Positions 49,501 through 63,139 of a DNA stretch of 64,000 bases are shown one piece after another. Made by a program: the position numbers and the translations under genes. Source of the DNA: Lama glama. Taxonomy: Eukaryota. The notes beneath the pieces are model-generated. The model did no database searches. It was given only the letters and a program-made list of their open reading frames with translations, and was not told where the DNA came from. The number at the start of each line of letters is the position of its first letter. Position 1 is the stretch's first letter. The stretch lies in contig CM052816.1 in assembly GCA_028534125.1 (NCBI GenBank), positions 100,812,001-100,876,000 of the forward strand. Direction: 5' to 3'.

Positions 49501-52500
49501 CGTTTCTCTGTGAGGGGTGCTGCATGACGGGCGCTCATCTGCGGGGAGAAGGTGGGGAGCCCACAAGGGGGTCCCCACGCAGCCCTCTGCTGCGCCCACA
49601 GGGGCCACTGTCCCCAGGACTGGCCAGGGGACAACTTCAGCGATGTCTCAGTCCATTAGGACTTTGTGCTGGCTGAATTCCAACCCTCCCTCAAAGCCCA
49701 GCGACCATGCGCAGACTGCGCTGAATAAAAAAGAATGTTCTCTGGACATCATGGGAGCTTCCTCAGGCAGGGGGACTCCCCAAGTTTCCCTGATATGGGA
49801 GCCCCTTGAAGCAGGTCTTTGCAAAGAAGAGGGACCTTCCCAGTGGTGCCTGTTTCCAGAACATTCTTCTCTACAAGAGGCTGCCCCCTCCCCTACGGAA
49901 GGGCCCCCCACAGCAGCCCAGGCTGGCCCAGCCACACGGGACAAGCTCCCCAGAGCCAGAGCCGGGGAGCCGGTCGGTGTGCGTGCCTCTGGGCGCCCCA
50001 CTTCCTGCAGCAGTGAGACCATCCGCTCTGGAAGGCAAGGGGACTAAAGGGACACGAGGGATATGCCAGGGCTGCTGAGGCCACAGCTCCAAGCCCTGGC
50101 GTGTCGTGCCCGACCACTCCAGCGTGAGCACGGCCCCCAGTGCCGTCTGCTCAGAACACAGGGGCCCCGAACTGACCGTTCCCGCCTGGGTCCTGCGGCC
50201 CTGTTCTTCCTTGTCCCTCTCTCCCGTGATGGGCTGAGGGTCTGCCCAGCTGTCGCCCCCTACCCCGTGCACACCACGCCCACCACTCCCTCCCTGCCTG
50301 CCAAGCGCTGTCTCAGCCCTTTATCCCGAGTCAACAACTGGCAGTAAGAGCCCACGAGAGACCAGCTTCGTGCCTGACAGGACATCAGCTCTGGTCTTCT
50401 GGGTGCACCCCCAGAGGCTCCACCAGCCCCACGCAAACCTGGCGGATGGGCCACCAACGCTGCCTGCAGCTCCCACCTGGACACCCCCTCAAACGTCAGC
50501 ACATCCCCAGGACCAGCTACTGAGGCCGAGGTCGTCCATGAAGGCCCTGCCGAGGACAGACCTGCAGGGCTGTGCTGGCCGAGGCGGGAGTCCCCCGACC
50601 CCCTTCCCACCCACGCCCGCCACCCCAGGCCCTCGGCTTCCAGGCACTTCGCTCCTTCTCTTCCTGGTGTCCTGTTGGCATTGCTGTAGCCACGTGACTC
50701 AACAGGCATAGACTTGACCATTACCTCCACCAGGATCCTCCTCAAGCGAGGACACTGGATGACAGCCCGAGGGCCCCACCCACCTGGAGTCTGTCGCCAG
50801 GGGCAGTGGGGAGGCTCGCATGTCCCCGTCCTTGGCTGGGACTTTCTGTAGTATTCAAGCTGTCTTGTTGCTGCTTCGGCTCCTGGGGATTCCCGGAGAG
50901 CAAGGCCGAGCGTGTTTTCCGGAGCGTGCAATCAGACACGGAGACTTGCGGGGCTGGCGGGGCTCCCCCACTTCGGGCATCGGGACGGGGAGCATCCAGG
51001 CTGGGATGTCGCGGGCTCTCGGGGACGCGTCTGCTGGGGGTGAGTCTGGCTCCTGGGCTTCGCTGGGGCTGTGGCAGCCTGGAGTGTCGCAGGGAACGGG
51101 CAGGCCTGCCCCGCTCCCGATGCCTCCCCCGGGGCGAGATTCACGCACCATGCTGGGCTGGCCCCCCACCCCCGCACAGCTCAGCAGGGGAGGGAACTGC
51201 ACTTCCAGCAGGAATCCCTGGGTCGGACACGCAGATGCCGGCTGTCCCCAGGGGCCTGCTCTGGGCAGTCCCGCCTCCCCGCGCTGCGAGGGCCCACCTG
51301 GGCTGCAGCGGGGCTCGGGTCGCCCCCAGAATGGCACTGTTGTCATTACAGGGGCGAGGTTTTTTCTTATTCCTTCTTGAAAGCAGTTGACACCAGTGTG
51401 TAAATGAGCTTCACACCGTGTGCTTTCCTTCTCCCATCCGTGCGTCCTCACCACGGTGACCCGCGTGTAACCATCAAGAGCTGTCACCTCCACTTGCAGG
51501 ACATTAAGAATCAGTGAGACTGGAAACTTTGAAAACTGTTAGCGACTTGGCTGACATGAACTGGAATTTACTTTTTTTTAATTTAAGGAAAACTCTCGGC
51601 TTCTGCTAGAAATCCAGAGCCCCGTTCAGGTTCGATTGTAAGCGCAAGTCAGTCAGCCTGACAGACGAAACGCTTCTCGTTAGGCTCTGAATCGTCTTAC
51701 CGCTTTTCGCACCCAAAGCGACTGCACAGCGCTCCCCGCCGTGTCCCCCTGCTGCGCGGGGCAGGCGCTCCCGGCTGCCGGCGTCCGGGGCAACTGAGAG
51801 GGTGTGGCAGTCGGACCGCTTGCGCAGGCTCCGCGGCTCCCATGAGCCACTAAAGCAGGAACCAGCTGTGCTGATCTCAGACACGGCCGAAATACTCAGA
51901 TTAATCGCAAATCTCGGATCATCTCAGTTTTAAAACCAGTTGCCTGGAAACAAACAACTAACAAACACAGAAATGAAACGCAAAGACGGCGATGTTGGTG
52001 CAAATAGGTATCGTGGGCCGTCAGGCAGGAGGGACTGAGTCTTAAAAGTCCTGCTCCTGCATCGGCACACGTGGGCGCCGTCCACGGGCCGGGCGCCCCG
52101 GTCACACCACCACAGGGGCTGAAGGGGGGCCGGCCACCTCTAACTTGAGATGCCACGAGTCTGGCAAGATGCGAGCAGGCCTCCTAGAGGGGAAAGGTGG
52201 CGCCTCCCACGGCCGATGCTGAAACGCCTTTCCCGGTACCGGGGGAGTGGAAGGGTGAGCCAGCTGGGGGTCACCATCCAGACGGCCACGGGAGAGCCGG
52301 CAGGAGGGTGCTCCGGCTTCTCAGAGACCATTTCCTCCACGCACGTCTCGGGCTCCAGGGAGCCTTCTCGGCAGAAGTACAGCCTTTTTTCTCTGCTCTT
52401 TAAAAGGAGTAGTTGTTCAAATCCCAAATGGTTTCAGCCAGAAAAAATAAACTGCAGGACATGTTTAATGTTCTCTAAATATCAATGAATTATGTCCACT

Positions 52501-54349
52501 TCATTCTTTTTTACTTTAAGACATCAAAAACTACAAGATTAATTTATGTTGCTCATCCCCTGAGAAACTGTCCGATTTATAATCAGCGTTAGTACATGAA
52601 CTCAGGTGCATCCACATTTATTGCTTGAATCTAATCTACTCGGAGTTCAAGAAAACCCTGTTACCTTTTCTAAAAAAATAAAGGATTGTGACACCACAGG
52701 TTGATTGGGAGATGAACAATTTCTATTACATGACTTTAAATTATAATTTTTTAATTCAGGTTTTTTTCCCTTAAAAAAAACCTCCATCTAACAGCAAACT
52801 TTTTTTCCAGTCAAGAGCCTGTCTGACTAGTTTTGCTGAATGAGGCATTTTTACGAGTAACTTCCCCTAGAAGCCATTCATGGTTGAAACATGAGTCCTG
52901 AGACCACAGCACACGCTACATACTTCATATGACTATTAATCTGGGTGACAAACACTGTCTTCCTAAGGGGACAGTGAGGTACGCCCCGGCCTGCCAGGGC
53001 ACTGGCCCCAGGGAGAAGCAGAGGCGAGGCCAGTCCAGCTCGGAGGGCAGACGTGAGGGACTGTCTGAGGAGGCTGATGTGTCACCAGGGAAGAGGGACG
53101 ACCTTTACAGGCAAAAGCAGGAACAGCAGCTGGACGGTGGAGCTGGCCCCTGAGGATGGCGTCCTCGTGTGCCTCCAGTCCACTCATCACGCCACGGGTG
53201 CATGCTGAGTGCTCGTGGCCTGCTTGTCACGGGCCATGTGGCCATCAAGAGAGCCATCAGCATCCCAGAGGTCCTGGAAGAGCCACTCGGTGCCGGGTTC
53301 TGGAGCAGCTGAGCAAAGCATGGCCACAGGGGATGTGCCCACACCGGAGAGCTGGAGTCTCCAGAGTCAGAAGCCAGCAACAGAGAGAAGCACCAAAACT
53401 GGACCCACCCTGGCTCTCAGAGTATGGGGCCAAGCCCTCCACGCTTCCCAAAGGCGGCAGGCCCCGAAGCGAGAGCAGCAGGGCCGGGCTGGCCGGGGGA
53501 GGCGGGCAGGTGGAGGCCCATGGGTGCGGAGCCCTGCAGCACCCACGGACCAGCCCCAGGCCCAGGACATCGGGACTGTGCGGCACCTTGTGCTCTGCGA
53601 GGTCAGTGGCAGGGCCTCCAGGAGCGCCTCCCCGTGAGCTGCCAAGGTGAGCGTGTTGGACAGAGGTGGGTAAACAAGGGAAATGACACTGACGCCTCCC
53701 CGGGGTGCAGCTGGCGAGGGGCCTTGCCCGCACTGTCAGGGGGTCACCTGCACTCCAGCATCGGGTACAGTCCTTAAACAGTCTTAGCCATTAATCATCA
53801 GCCAGTTTTGCACACTTGTGATGTAAAGTGGTAGACCGAGCTTGCAAGTGCTGCCACGCACTCCAGCTGAAGCTCCTGACACAGCAGGGGCTGCACACAC
53901 TGTGGCACAGCCATGATTGTGCAAGGTGGATGGGGCACCCTTGCCGACCTGGGGTTTGTGTGACAGATGGAGCCACGTGGGGATGTCCCAGCCCAGGACA
54001 GAACAGGGCAGCAAGGATGTGGCTAAGAATGAAAACCCTTCCTGGCCAGACTCCCAAGAAGCTCTATCATGGTGTGTGTGGCAGGCCAGGGAGTGGGTGG
54101 CCTAGGCTGCGGCAGGAGAGAGGGCCCCTGGGACAGAAATGCGAGTCATCCATTAACACAGCTTCAGCCAGATGGTGGCAGCAGCACTGCCCACAGCCTG
54201 GGCACAGAACTGTCCCCACAGATACTGAGCGGTCTCCATGGAAGGGCTCAGGCTCTCAGGGTGAGTCCAAGGCCATGATAGGAACAGGGGCATGCCTCTG
54301 GATGACCACAAACACTGTCATAACCCCAGATGGACAGGGGATGCTGAGC

Positions 54350-54720
54350 TCTCTGCCCCAGATGCTAGGGAATGCAAGAAATCTAAAGAAGGGAAGAGAA
54401 CTAAAAATGTGTACATTTCTTATCAGAACCCCAGAAAGGTGCAATAGGATGCTGCACTTGTAGAAGTAGACTGACAGATCTTCACAAGGAGGCTGTGAAG
54501 AGCCAGTGGACATTGAACATGGGATGGCTGAAATAAAACATAAAGATGAGCTCAACACTGTTAGAGACCCGAGGGGGGTCATATAACCCAGCCCGATCAC
54601 GGAGGACAAATAACGAAGGGATGAGTTAAGAAATGCGGTCCACACACAAGTTCCAGAAAGCCGACAGAGAAGATGGAGGAGGAGAAGTTAAAGGCGTAAC
54701 AAAAGAAAAGAGCCAGACCT
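54350..54720 (+). mobile_element. L1/HAL1-like ORF1 remnant
   Basis: A-rich; gatggctgaaataaaacataaagatgagctcaaca and agttccagaaag...gagaagatggaggaggagaa. Confidence 0.5.
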
Positions 54721-54774
54721 GTGCCCACTGGACTGCGACGTGCTGCCCTGTGGCTGGAGGCTACTCACTTGTGC

Positions 54775-56620
54775 TAATCTGTACAAAGAACTCGCTTTTT
54801 ACATCATTGACTTTCAGTGATTCCATTGCCTTTCCAATTTCTCTTCCTTCACTTCAGCTTCTTTTAGGCTTGAGTTTCTCTTCTTTTCCTAGTTTTTATA
54901 AAGAGAAGCTTAGATCCTTTAGGTGAGTCCTTCCTTCTGTTCTGAGCATTTTAAGGCTACTAATTGCCCTCTGTGCGCAGCTTTAGCTGCACTCTGTGAT
55001 TTGTTGGTATGTTGTGATTTCATTTTCATTCAGTTCAGAATGTTTACTGATTTCTTATGCTGGGCTGAGGGTGAGATGTTTCGATGACTTAGAATTGAGT
55101 TGTTTAACTTCCAAATATTTGAGGAAATTCTGCACATTTTGTTATTGATTTCTAGGTAAATTTCATTCATGTCCAAAGACATACTTTTTGTTATTTCAGT
55201 CCTTTTGAATGATACAATGTTACAGGTTTTTTAAAGCAGTTTATGGTTTATTCAAAGTCCATAAGAAAAAAACCCAACATTTTGAATTTCTTCACATAGT
55301 CACCATTCCTGGTACTCTTTTTTGAACGTCTGGTTTCCATCTGGTGCCATTCTTCACCTTAGAGAACTGTCTTCCGCATCTTTTGTGATGCAGAAGGTCT
55401 GCTGCTGATGAGTTTTATTGTTACGTTTGAAAATATCTTATTCTGCCTCCTTTCTTGGACATCTTCACCGGATACAATATCTGAGATTGAAAAGCTATCT
55501 TCTTCCAACACTTTGAAGATGTCGGTCCACCTCCTCTGGCCTCCGTGGCTCCTAATGAGAAGCAGCTATTGAGCAATGACTGACTAGACTTCTTCTCTTG
55601 ATCCTGAAGCACACTGTCCTGCCCTGATGTATTTTTCAGTTGGTGTTGGAAAATCATTAATTTCACATTGTTGGATGCCACATTGTGTTCTATTCCTTTG
55701 AAGAATATTGTGTTTTTCTTGTTTACATTTAAGCTTTTGAAATTATCTTGACCTTTTGAGGATGGCTTTGAAGCTCTGTGAGGGGAAGTCAGAGGGGCAC
55801 ACGGCCTGGGGCTGAGCTAGCCGCCCCTGACGTGACGCCCTCCTGTGAGCTGTCAGATGCCCCAGGCACCGTGAGGGCTCCCCATGCTGCCTGGAATGCA
55901 AATGATTCCCAGGTCTGTGAAGCCTCGAGGATTTCTCAGCCTACTGCTGCCGAATGGTTCTCCCTTTGTAGTAAATCTTCATTCCTGTCTTGACAAGAGA
56001 AAACTCGTCCTGGTCCTTGCTGTCCTTCTGTCTCATTATTATGCCTGGAGAGAATTTCTTTCTATCTGTCTTGCTTGGGATTCACTAGGCTTCCTGAATT
56101 TGCAGTCTGCTGCCTGTTAACTCTGGAATGTTCTACCTCTCTGAATACTGCCTTTTCACCCATCCTTACTCTTGGCGTCATGTGCTTTGAACTCTGGCAC
56201 GTTTTCCATCTCTTTCTAACTCTGTGGTACATTCTGGGTCATTTCCTAAAATCTATCATCCAGATTTTACCTATAGCAACTTAAGCTCTAATTCAGTTTC
56301 TAAGCTTCTATGTGACTGACCCATCGCTTTTATTTTGTTATCGTATTCTTTACCTCTAGAAAGTCTATTTGGCTCTTTGTCAATTCAGCATGTCAGTTTC
56401 AATAGTCTCTGTTACTTCATGTTATGAGCTTCCTCTTTTGTTTCTTTAAATGTATTTATTTCATATTCTGTTTCTCATGATTCCAATGTCTGAACTGTGT
56501 GTGGTTCTGATTTGGTAGCATGCGGAGTCTGCTTACGCATGGCTGTGACAGCTCACCTCCTCTGTTTAATACATCTTTTTTTGAGCTCGTGTCTCATACA
56601 AGTTCACCTGTGGGAACTCC
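54775..56620 (-). mobile_element. Old L1M remnant (ORF2 5' region and ORF1, antisense)
   Basis: T-rich; ttaacttccaaatatttgagg...gttattgatttctag; tttgaaaatatcttattctgcctcc...cactttgaagatgtc; gcttgggattcactaggcttcctgaattt. Confidence 0.8.
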
Positions 56621-58059
56621 TTGAAGGCGCTATTCTCGCTTGCTGCTATCGTGTGCAGCAGAATGAGCAGGACATCTTCCTTTGACCCTCTCTGGCAGAG
56701 TCAGAGTTTAGAGACAGGCAACATATTCTAGAAGGCTTGTTTACCCAATCTTCACTAAGGATGCCACTCCTCGGAAGACCCAACTTTGCAGGAGCCTCTG
56801 ATATGATCTCCCCTCCTCCCAGGCCTAGTCTCCTGCCCCACCTGACCCCCAAACCATCAGGCATCAGCAGACACCCTCAGGAAGACGCCAGCTCCAGGGC
56901 GGCTTCCGCTGTAGGAGCAGGACGGCCGCAGACATCTCTGCAGGTTGCTCGGGGCGGGTTCCGCGGGGTGGTGAACGCGCACGTGCCGGCAGCATCCCGC
57001 AGACACCGCCGCAGGACGGCCGGGGCGCCCCGGGCAGCATCGGGCTGTCCTGCCTCTGCAGCTCTCAGACGTTTTCTCGGCTGTACCTTCACGGCGCCCG
57101 CACTTCGAAAGACTCCACGTGAGGAGGGTGCAGAAAGGTGAGCCCCACAGCCTCCTTGACGTTTCCCCCGAACACCCCGGTCCTGCGTTTTGTTGGTAGC
57201 AAGTGCTGTTGATTCACACGTGCAAACCAGCTCCCGGCACACCCTGCCCAGGCAGCCTAGCCAATCCCCGGTATGTTTTCAAGTTACAAAATAATTTTAA
57301 AATCTTCACGAGATGCTTCTAAAATTGTTTCATTTACGAAGATGAATTCAGAATTATGACAAACAATGCTCATATAAGTTTCCAATGTAATTAATGTATT
57401 TCAATAAGACACATCCTGAAATAGCTAACATTATGATATAAATGTGAAACAAAATATTGCAAATAATACAGCATAAGACTAACAAAGGAAAACCCGTCAC
57501 CATTCTGTAAAACTCTCGTTGATCAGAGGTCTGGCTTAAACTTGGGCTGAATTCAGTATAAATCCGTTTAGAAGAGCCATTTTAGTGATAAGTTTTCACT
57601 TTGTATTTCTCACGATAGCTCCCCAAGGAGGCAAATTTCTTGCCATTTCACATTCAATAGAAGTCCATTGTTGGTGAAGAGATGGCTAAATTGGTCCATC
57701 ATTTTGTAATAAAATATCTCATGACTTGTTTATCTGATCAATGGAGAGTGTATTCTCAAGCTGTTCAGTGTTAATGGGCCCGTTGCCCTAAAATGGTGAA
57801 TTATCGACTCTCAGAGAGGCAGGAGGGGGTTGCACATTCAGATCGGATTTCCTGCTTGAAATTGACATATTGCAGTGAAATTGTCGGAACCAGGAATGCG
57901 TGTCCTTTGTGGCTCAGGCTGCAGAGATGCCTAAAACACAAAACCGTTTCTAATGAAGAGTTCTTAAACTAGCTTTAAAAAAATTACATCTTGACGCTGA
58001 ATTGATAATCTGAATATGACAAAGTTGTGAACATAAGCACAGAAATATTTCTGAAAGTC

Positions 58060-58143
58060 CCAGCTTTCAGACCTCTTGGGTACGTACCTCGGAGTGGGAC
58101 TGCTGGGTCAGGTGGGAGTTCTGCCTTTAACTTTTTGAGGGAA
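58060..58143 (-). mobile_element. Short L1 fragment
   Basis: cttgggtacgtacctcggagtgggactgctgggtca...tttaactttttgagg. Confidence 0.85.
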
Positions 58144-61100
58144 AAAACAGAGCTGTCAGTTATTAACTTTTATTGGAACTTGTAATTTGGGGGGCTCACC
58201 ATCAGGTAAAATACGGTCCCTGAGAAAATGCACAAAAATTCCGGAGAAGGGTAACCAAGAACTCAGGACCATGATAAAATAAAATAATAAAACAGAATAA
58301 AGTAAAAAATCAAACATGCCCTGACCAACAATTAAATGCAGGTGACTCTAGAGCTACCATCAGCTAAGCAGTATTTACCCCGGTTTGTCACTGTCACCCA
58401 GCTATATTTGTTTTTATTCCTCCTAAGAAGAGCAACAATTTTTAAAAGGAAAATAAAACACCAGTTATCACCCCTTTCCAGCAGAGCAGCTCCTGCTGGC
58501 ACCACCCACGGTCCCCTCTGCAGGTGAGCCCACTGCCCGCCGCCCAGCACTGGCTGGCCCCGGGAGGGGACACACGGACTCAGCCCCGGGAGGTCTGCAG
58601 GGAACGTGATATTTTTCATGTGCTCTTCTAACCCTTTGGGGAGCTGGAGGATGGGGCTTTCTCTCCTGTGTGGGGTTGAGCCCGGGCGGCCATGAAGCCC
58701 AGCTCGCTGAGGGAGCAGAGGGGCAGGGGCGGCAGTGCGACCTCGCCCAGCCCTGCCATCCGCCCAGGGGCATGTGCCCCTCCCCTCCCCTCCTTGGGGT
58801 CTCTGTGGATGCGTGGCACAACAGGGGTGTGGACTGAGACCCCGCAGCAATTTCTGAGCCCGTCCTGCCCCAACCTGGCCAGGAAGCTCCCAGTTGGGCA
58901 GGACAAGGGGTCCCCAGCAGAGCCAGGTTGGGGGACACACCTTGTGGGGGCAGAGAAGGGGGCCCCTCTCTGCCGGGAGAGCTGGTCCACCCGGGACGTT
59001 GGCCGGGAGCACGCCCCGCCACGTGAGGAAGAAAGTGCTCCGCTGACTGGGCTCGGTCCTGATGAGGGACTTCACCCGAAGCCAGCACGGCATCCCCCCA
59101 CCCCTCTCAGACCCTGTGGAGCCAGGGTCGCGGGGCAGGCGCACCGCCCGGGGATGGTCGGCTTTTCCTACTCATGTGCAGCTAAAAGGCAGGAGTTAAC
59201 AGCATCCAACCAACTAAAATCATTCGAGAGGCAATGAAATTTTCAGTGGGAACTGAGGACACACCTGAGATGTTAAGCATTAGAAAGAAGGACGTGGCTC
59301 GGGACGTGCATCAGGCACCTCGTGAGGAAGTTCGGTGCCACCGGGCCCAGCGAGCTGACCCTGGAGACGTCCGGTTTGTTTTTTAATAAATGAATGATTT
59401 AATGAAATTAATCTCGAAGAATCTGCTTTTAGAGGGGGAGCGTTTATGAAAACTGCTGGAGAAGACACAGAAGTGCGGCAAAGGCCTGGGGATGCGGGCT
59501 GCACGTGGGACCCCTCCCGCAGGGGTGCCAGCCCTCCTAGTGGAAGCCCAGAGTTGGGGACCTGAGATCAGTGATCCAGCCTGAGGGACAATCTCTCATC
59601 TGTCACTAAAGGTCGGTGAGTGGCCGGAAACGAGAGCATCTTGGATTAAAAACATGGTCAGATTTTCAATGCATTAAAAATCTTTAAATACACATCTTAT
59701 CTCTAGACTGTGTATAATTCCTAAGAATCCTCAACCTCTGTCGTCACTCTCTGGAATCAGATGTTGTCCTAGTAATTATCCCATGAAATTCAGCATTTGG
59801 TGAGTGGTTGAATCTCAGATGAAGAGGAGCAAGTTCATAGTTAAAGAGAGAGGGGAAAACAGAACAAGACAGGAGTGAGCAGGGGGGACAGAGAGAGAGG
59901 CGGACACAGGGACAGGGATACAGGGAGACACGGGGCCAGGGGCAGCGCTCTGATTCGACCCTCAAGTCCATTCAGGAGTGGGTATGGGAACCCGGACTTA
60001 AAGGGCAGGTGCCTCCACTGTCCTTGCCACCTGCCTCCAGGAACCGCCGTCCTTACACCACCTGGGAGGTGAGAATGGGTTTTGCCGCCGCCGGGAGGAG
60101 GGCAGAGAAGGCAGGGATCCCAATCTGGAGCAGCAAACTGGGTTGCAGCTCAGGCGGCCTCCGCACGTGCCTCCTGCTGTGGAGCGGTGGGTGGGGCCCC
60201 AGGTGGTCTGGGCGCAGCCCAGAGCCCGGCGTCTGCAGCGGGGCTGGGGCGTGACAGCATCAGACGGCCACAAGCCGCCTAGAGCAGGAGCAGCCCGCCG
60301 CTTGTCCCTGACGGGACCTCCGTGCAGGTAAGGAGGCTCCCTTTGCGACAGATCAGCCGCACCCTGCTTGCTCTCAGCACTCCATCCCACCCGTCACAGG
60401 GGGAGTAAATCACGTTTCCAGAGCCGGCTTGGTATAACAGATGCTGGTCTCCTTAAACGCAGGTAACAGAACGGTGCACGGGGCCACCTTTGGCAGAAAA
60501 GCCCAGCGACAGACGCCTGCAATCACTGGCTCCAGAACACAGCTCATAAATCGGCCGGGGGAGCCTGGGCAACACGGCCCTGGCTTTGCAGGCACGGCCG
60601 GCACTCAGTCACCAGGACACGCTCGCCGGGGGATAAGGTCGTGGAAGCTCTCTCGGTGTCATCCTGCTGAGATGTTATCAGACGCTCAACCCTAAAGCAA
60701 GAGAAACAAAGTGATAAGAAAATCGGGACGGAGGTGGGGGCGCAGGAAGACGAGACAATCCATCAACGCACCTGCGGAGAGAAGGCCGGGGCAGCGGTAT
60801 TGATTGTTCACGAGCCAGCGCACACACCCGTCAGGCAGGGGAGCAGAGGTGTCAGCCCGGACACTGCACCCGGCGACGGCGGGGGGGGGCCGGCTGCCTG
60901 CCTCGTGCAGCCAGGAGCGCGGAGGTGCCCGCACGCCCTCCTCGCTGGCTTCGCAACGGTTACCCGTTTTACTAAAGGAAGAAACGCTATCAGTTCCCCC
61001 AGGGCAGGGCGAGCAGACCGCCAAGCACAGAGGGAGACTCCACGGTCCCAGCGCTGACCGCGGTCACCTGCCGCCCTGGAAGCTCAGGGGATGCTCTGGC

Positions 61101-61894
61101 CTGGGGTCACAGGAAGGTGGCAGGTACCTACTCGAATGACCATTCAGTTGGGAGCTACATACCTAACGCGCAGAAGCCCTCCTCTCTCCCTCCGGCAGAT
61201 GCTCTCACTGACAGCGTCCTGCTTTGTCTGACCTGGGGGTGAGCCCGTCCAACACCCCAGGCCTCAGCGTCTAACTGAGGGAAAGGCCCACTGAAGGAAC
61301 ATGTGGACACAGCGCGCGAGACTGGGTTTGGCTGGGGAGGAGACCTGTTCGTCAGCGCTGCCTGGGGACATGTGGCTAACCCAGCCTGCTCTGAGGATCC
61401 CACCTGGCGTTCAGAATTCTCTCCAACGTTAACCAGCCTTCCTGACGCGTGTGCCGGGCAGTCTTGGCGGACGCAGTGGTGCTGGGAGTCACGTGGCGTC
61501 GCAGGGGCCACCGCAGGCAGAGCACGCCTGTTGTCCCGGGAAGGGACCACGAGCAGAGACCCCGGGACAGGGTGTGCAGGGCTGCGGTGGGGACGCAGGA
61601 AGGCGTCTCGGCGCGTCTCTCTCCAGCTCGCTCTGCTTCCCTGAGCTCTGTCTGCTTCTTCGGAAGTTGAGTCACGTAATTCAAGACTCCCAGGTGTCAT
61701 TTCTCAGTGACAGAGCGACGGTGTCGGCGGACAGTTGGGAACCATCACAACCTGGTGGTCGGTGTTTCTACTCCTAACAGCGAGGGTCTGAGCAGGTCGT
61801 CACTGTACTGAGTGAGGTTCAGTTATCAGGGCTGGGCGGTCATATCGCCCACCTGCTCAAGTCTGTTCTTTTGTACACGGGTCTCAAACATTCA

Positions 61895-62203
61895 TGCTCC
61901 AGACAGAATGTCTGTGTCCTCCCAAATGTGCATGTTGAAAGTGAGGGGGGCCCTCTGGGGAGGACGAGGTCATGAGGGCGGAGCCTCCGAATGGACCTCT
62001 ACGAGAAGAGAACTCCCTTCCGGTCCCCGCCTGGTGGGAACACAAGAAGCCCGCAGTCCTTCACCTGGGAGGGGTCCACACAGGTACCAAACCGGCCGGC
62101 GCCCTGGTCTTGGACTTCTCGGCATCCAGGGCTGTCAGAAATAAGCGCCTGTCCCCCGAGGCACAGTCGATGGCAGTCCTGTCGGAGAGGCATAAACTAG
62201 GAC
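61895..62203 (+). mobile_element. MLT1A-type solo LTR
   Basis: tgctccagacagaatgtctgtgtcctcccaaat...aggtcatgagggcggagcc...cctggtcttggacttctc...agaaataag. Confidence 0.85.
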
Positions 62204-63139
62204 GTGCAACCCCGTCTTCTGTGACGTTGGAGAAGGATGCCCCTCAGACGCCGCATCTGAGGGCCTGGGGGCACCGTCACGCACTCTGCTGCCAGGACCC
62301 CTGAGCGGCAGGCCTGGGGAAACCGTCCTGCCCCATCTCCCAGGCTGTCTGAGAAGCCCCCCGCCAGGGCTGGGAGCCACCCACCGCAGCGTCAGCTCTG
62401 CAGTGGACAGCTCCATGACCGAGGGCATGCGGTCCCCTTGAAAACCCACTGGCCAGGACGTAGAATGCAGAGATTTGGGGCACGTCATGAGAACGCTGGC
62501 TGGACTGTTCTGCCCTGAGCTCCAGCCCGGTTGGAAACTGGGTCCCAGTCAGCGGGCAGGCTGGGGCCGCGGCTGCACTGAGGCTCCGAGGGAGTCCTGG
62601 CCCACCTGGTGGCTGGGCCGGGGCAAGCCTCCCGGGGCCTAGCCTTCCTTCTACCTCTGAGGAGGATCGTGGACCCCTCTGTCACTAGACAGGGGCCTTC
62701 TGCCTTTTAAAAAGGCACAAAGTCATAGCAAGAGTAACGGCCCCGAGTCCCGGGAATCCATCTCACAGGAGAGCACACTGAGTTCTCGGGTCGGCCAGGC
62801 CACGGGACAGAGTTCACCGGCTCATCCCATCAGCTCATCTTTCACGAGGTGATTTCTTTGAAATTCTGTGCAAACACACTATGCACACGTATGCCATAAG
62901 CAAATGCGTGTTTATATATCGCATTTGTGCTAGTGTGGCGAGTGGTTTGAGTCGAATTTGGGATTTTTTAATGGTTTTTCTAAAACGTACAGTGTTAACC
63001 ATTAAAGGGGGGAAAGGCCACCAAATCTATCAGAATGACGAACACGCCCATCAGCTCAAAAGCGCTTGCAGTCTCCCTTTGCTCCTCCTGCCTCCACCCC
63101 GCAGGTCGCCCGCCTGCTCGGTCTCTGCAGGTCCGCTCT

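Noticed and set aside
58332-59237. Overlapping 181-270 aa ORFs
   Set aside because: Open on both strands with low-complexity GC-driven composition; no domain or splice structure recognised
28911-62203. Two MLT1A LTRs as the ends of a single element
   Set aside because: Opposite orientations and 33 kb apart; independent solo LTRs
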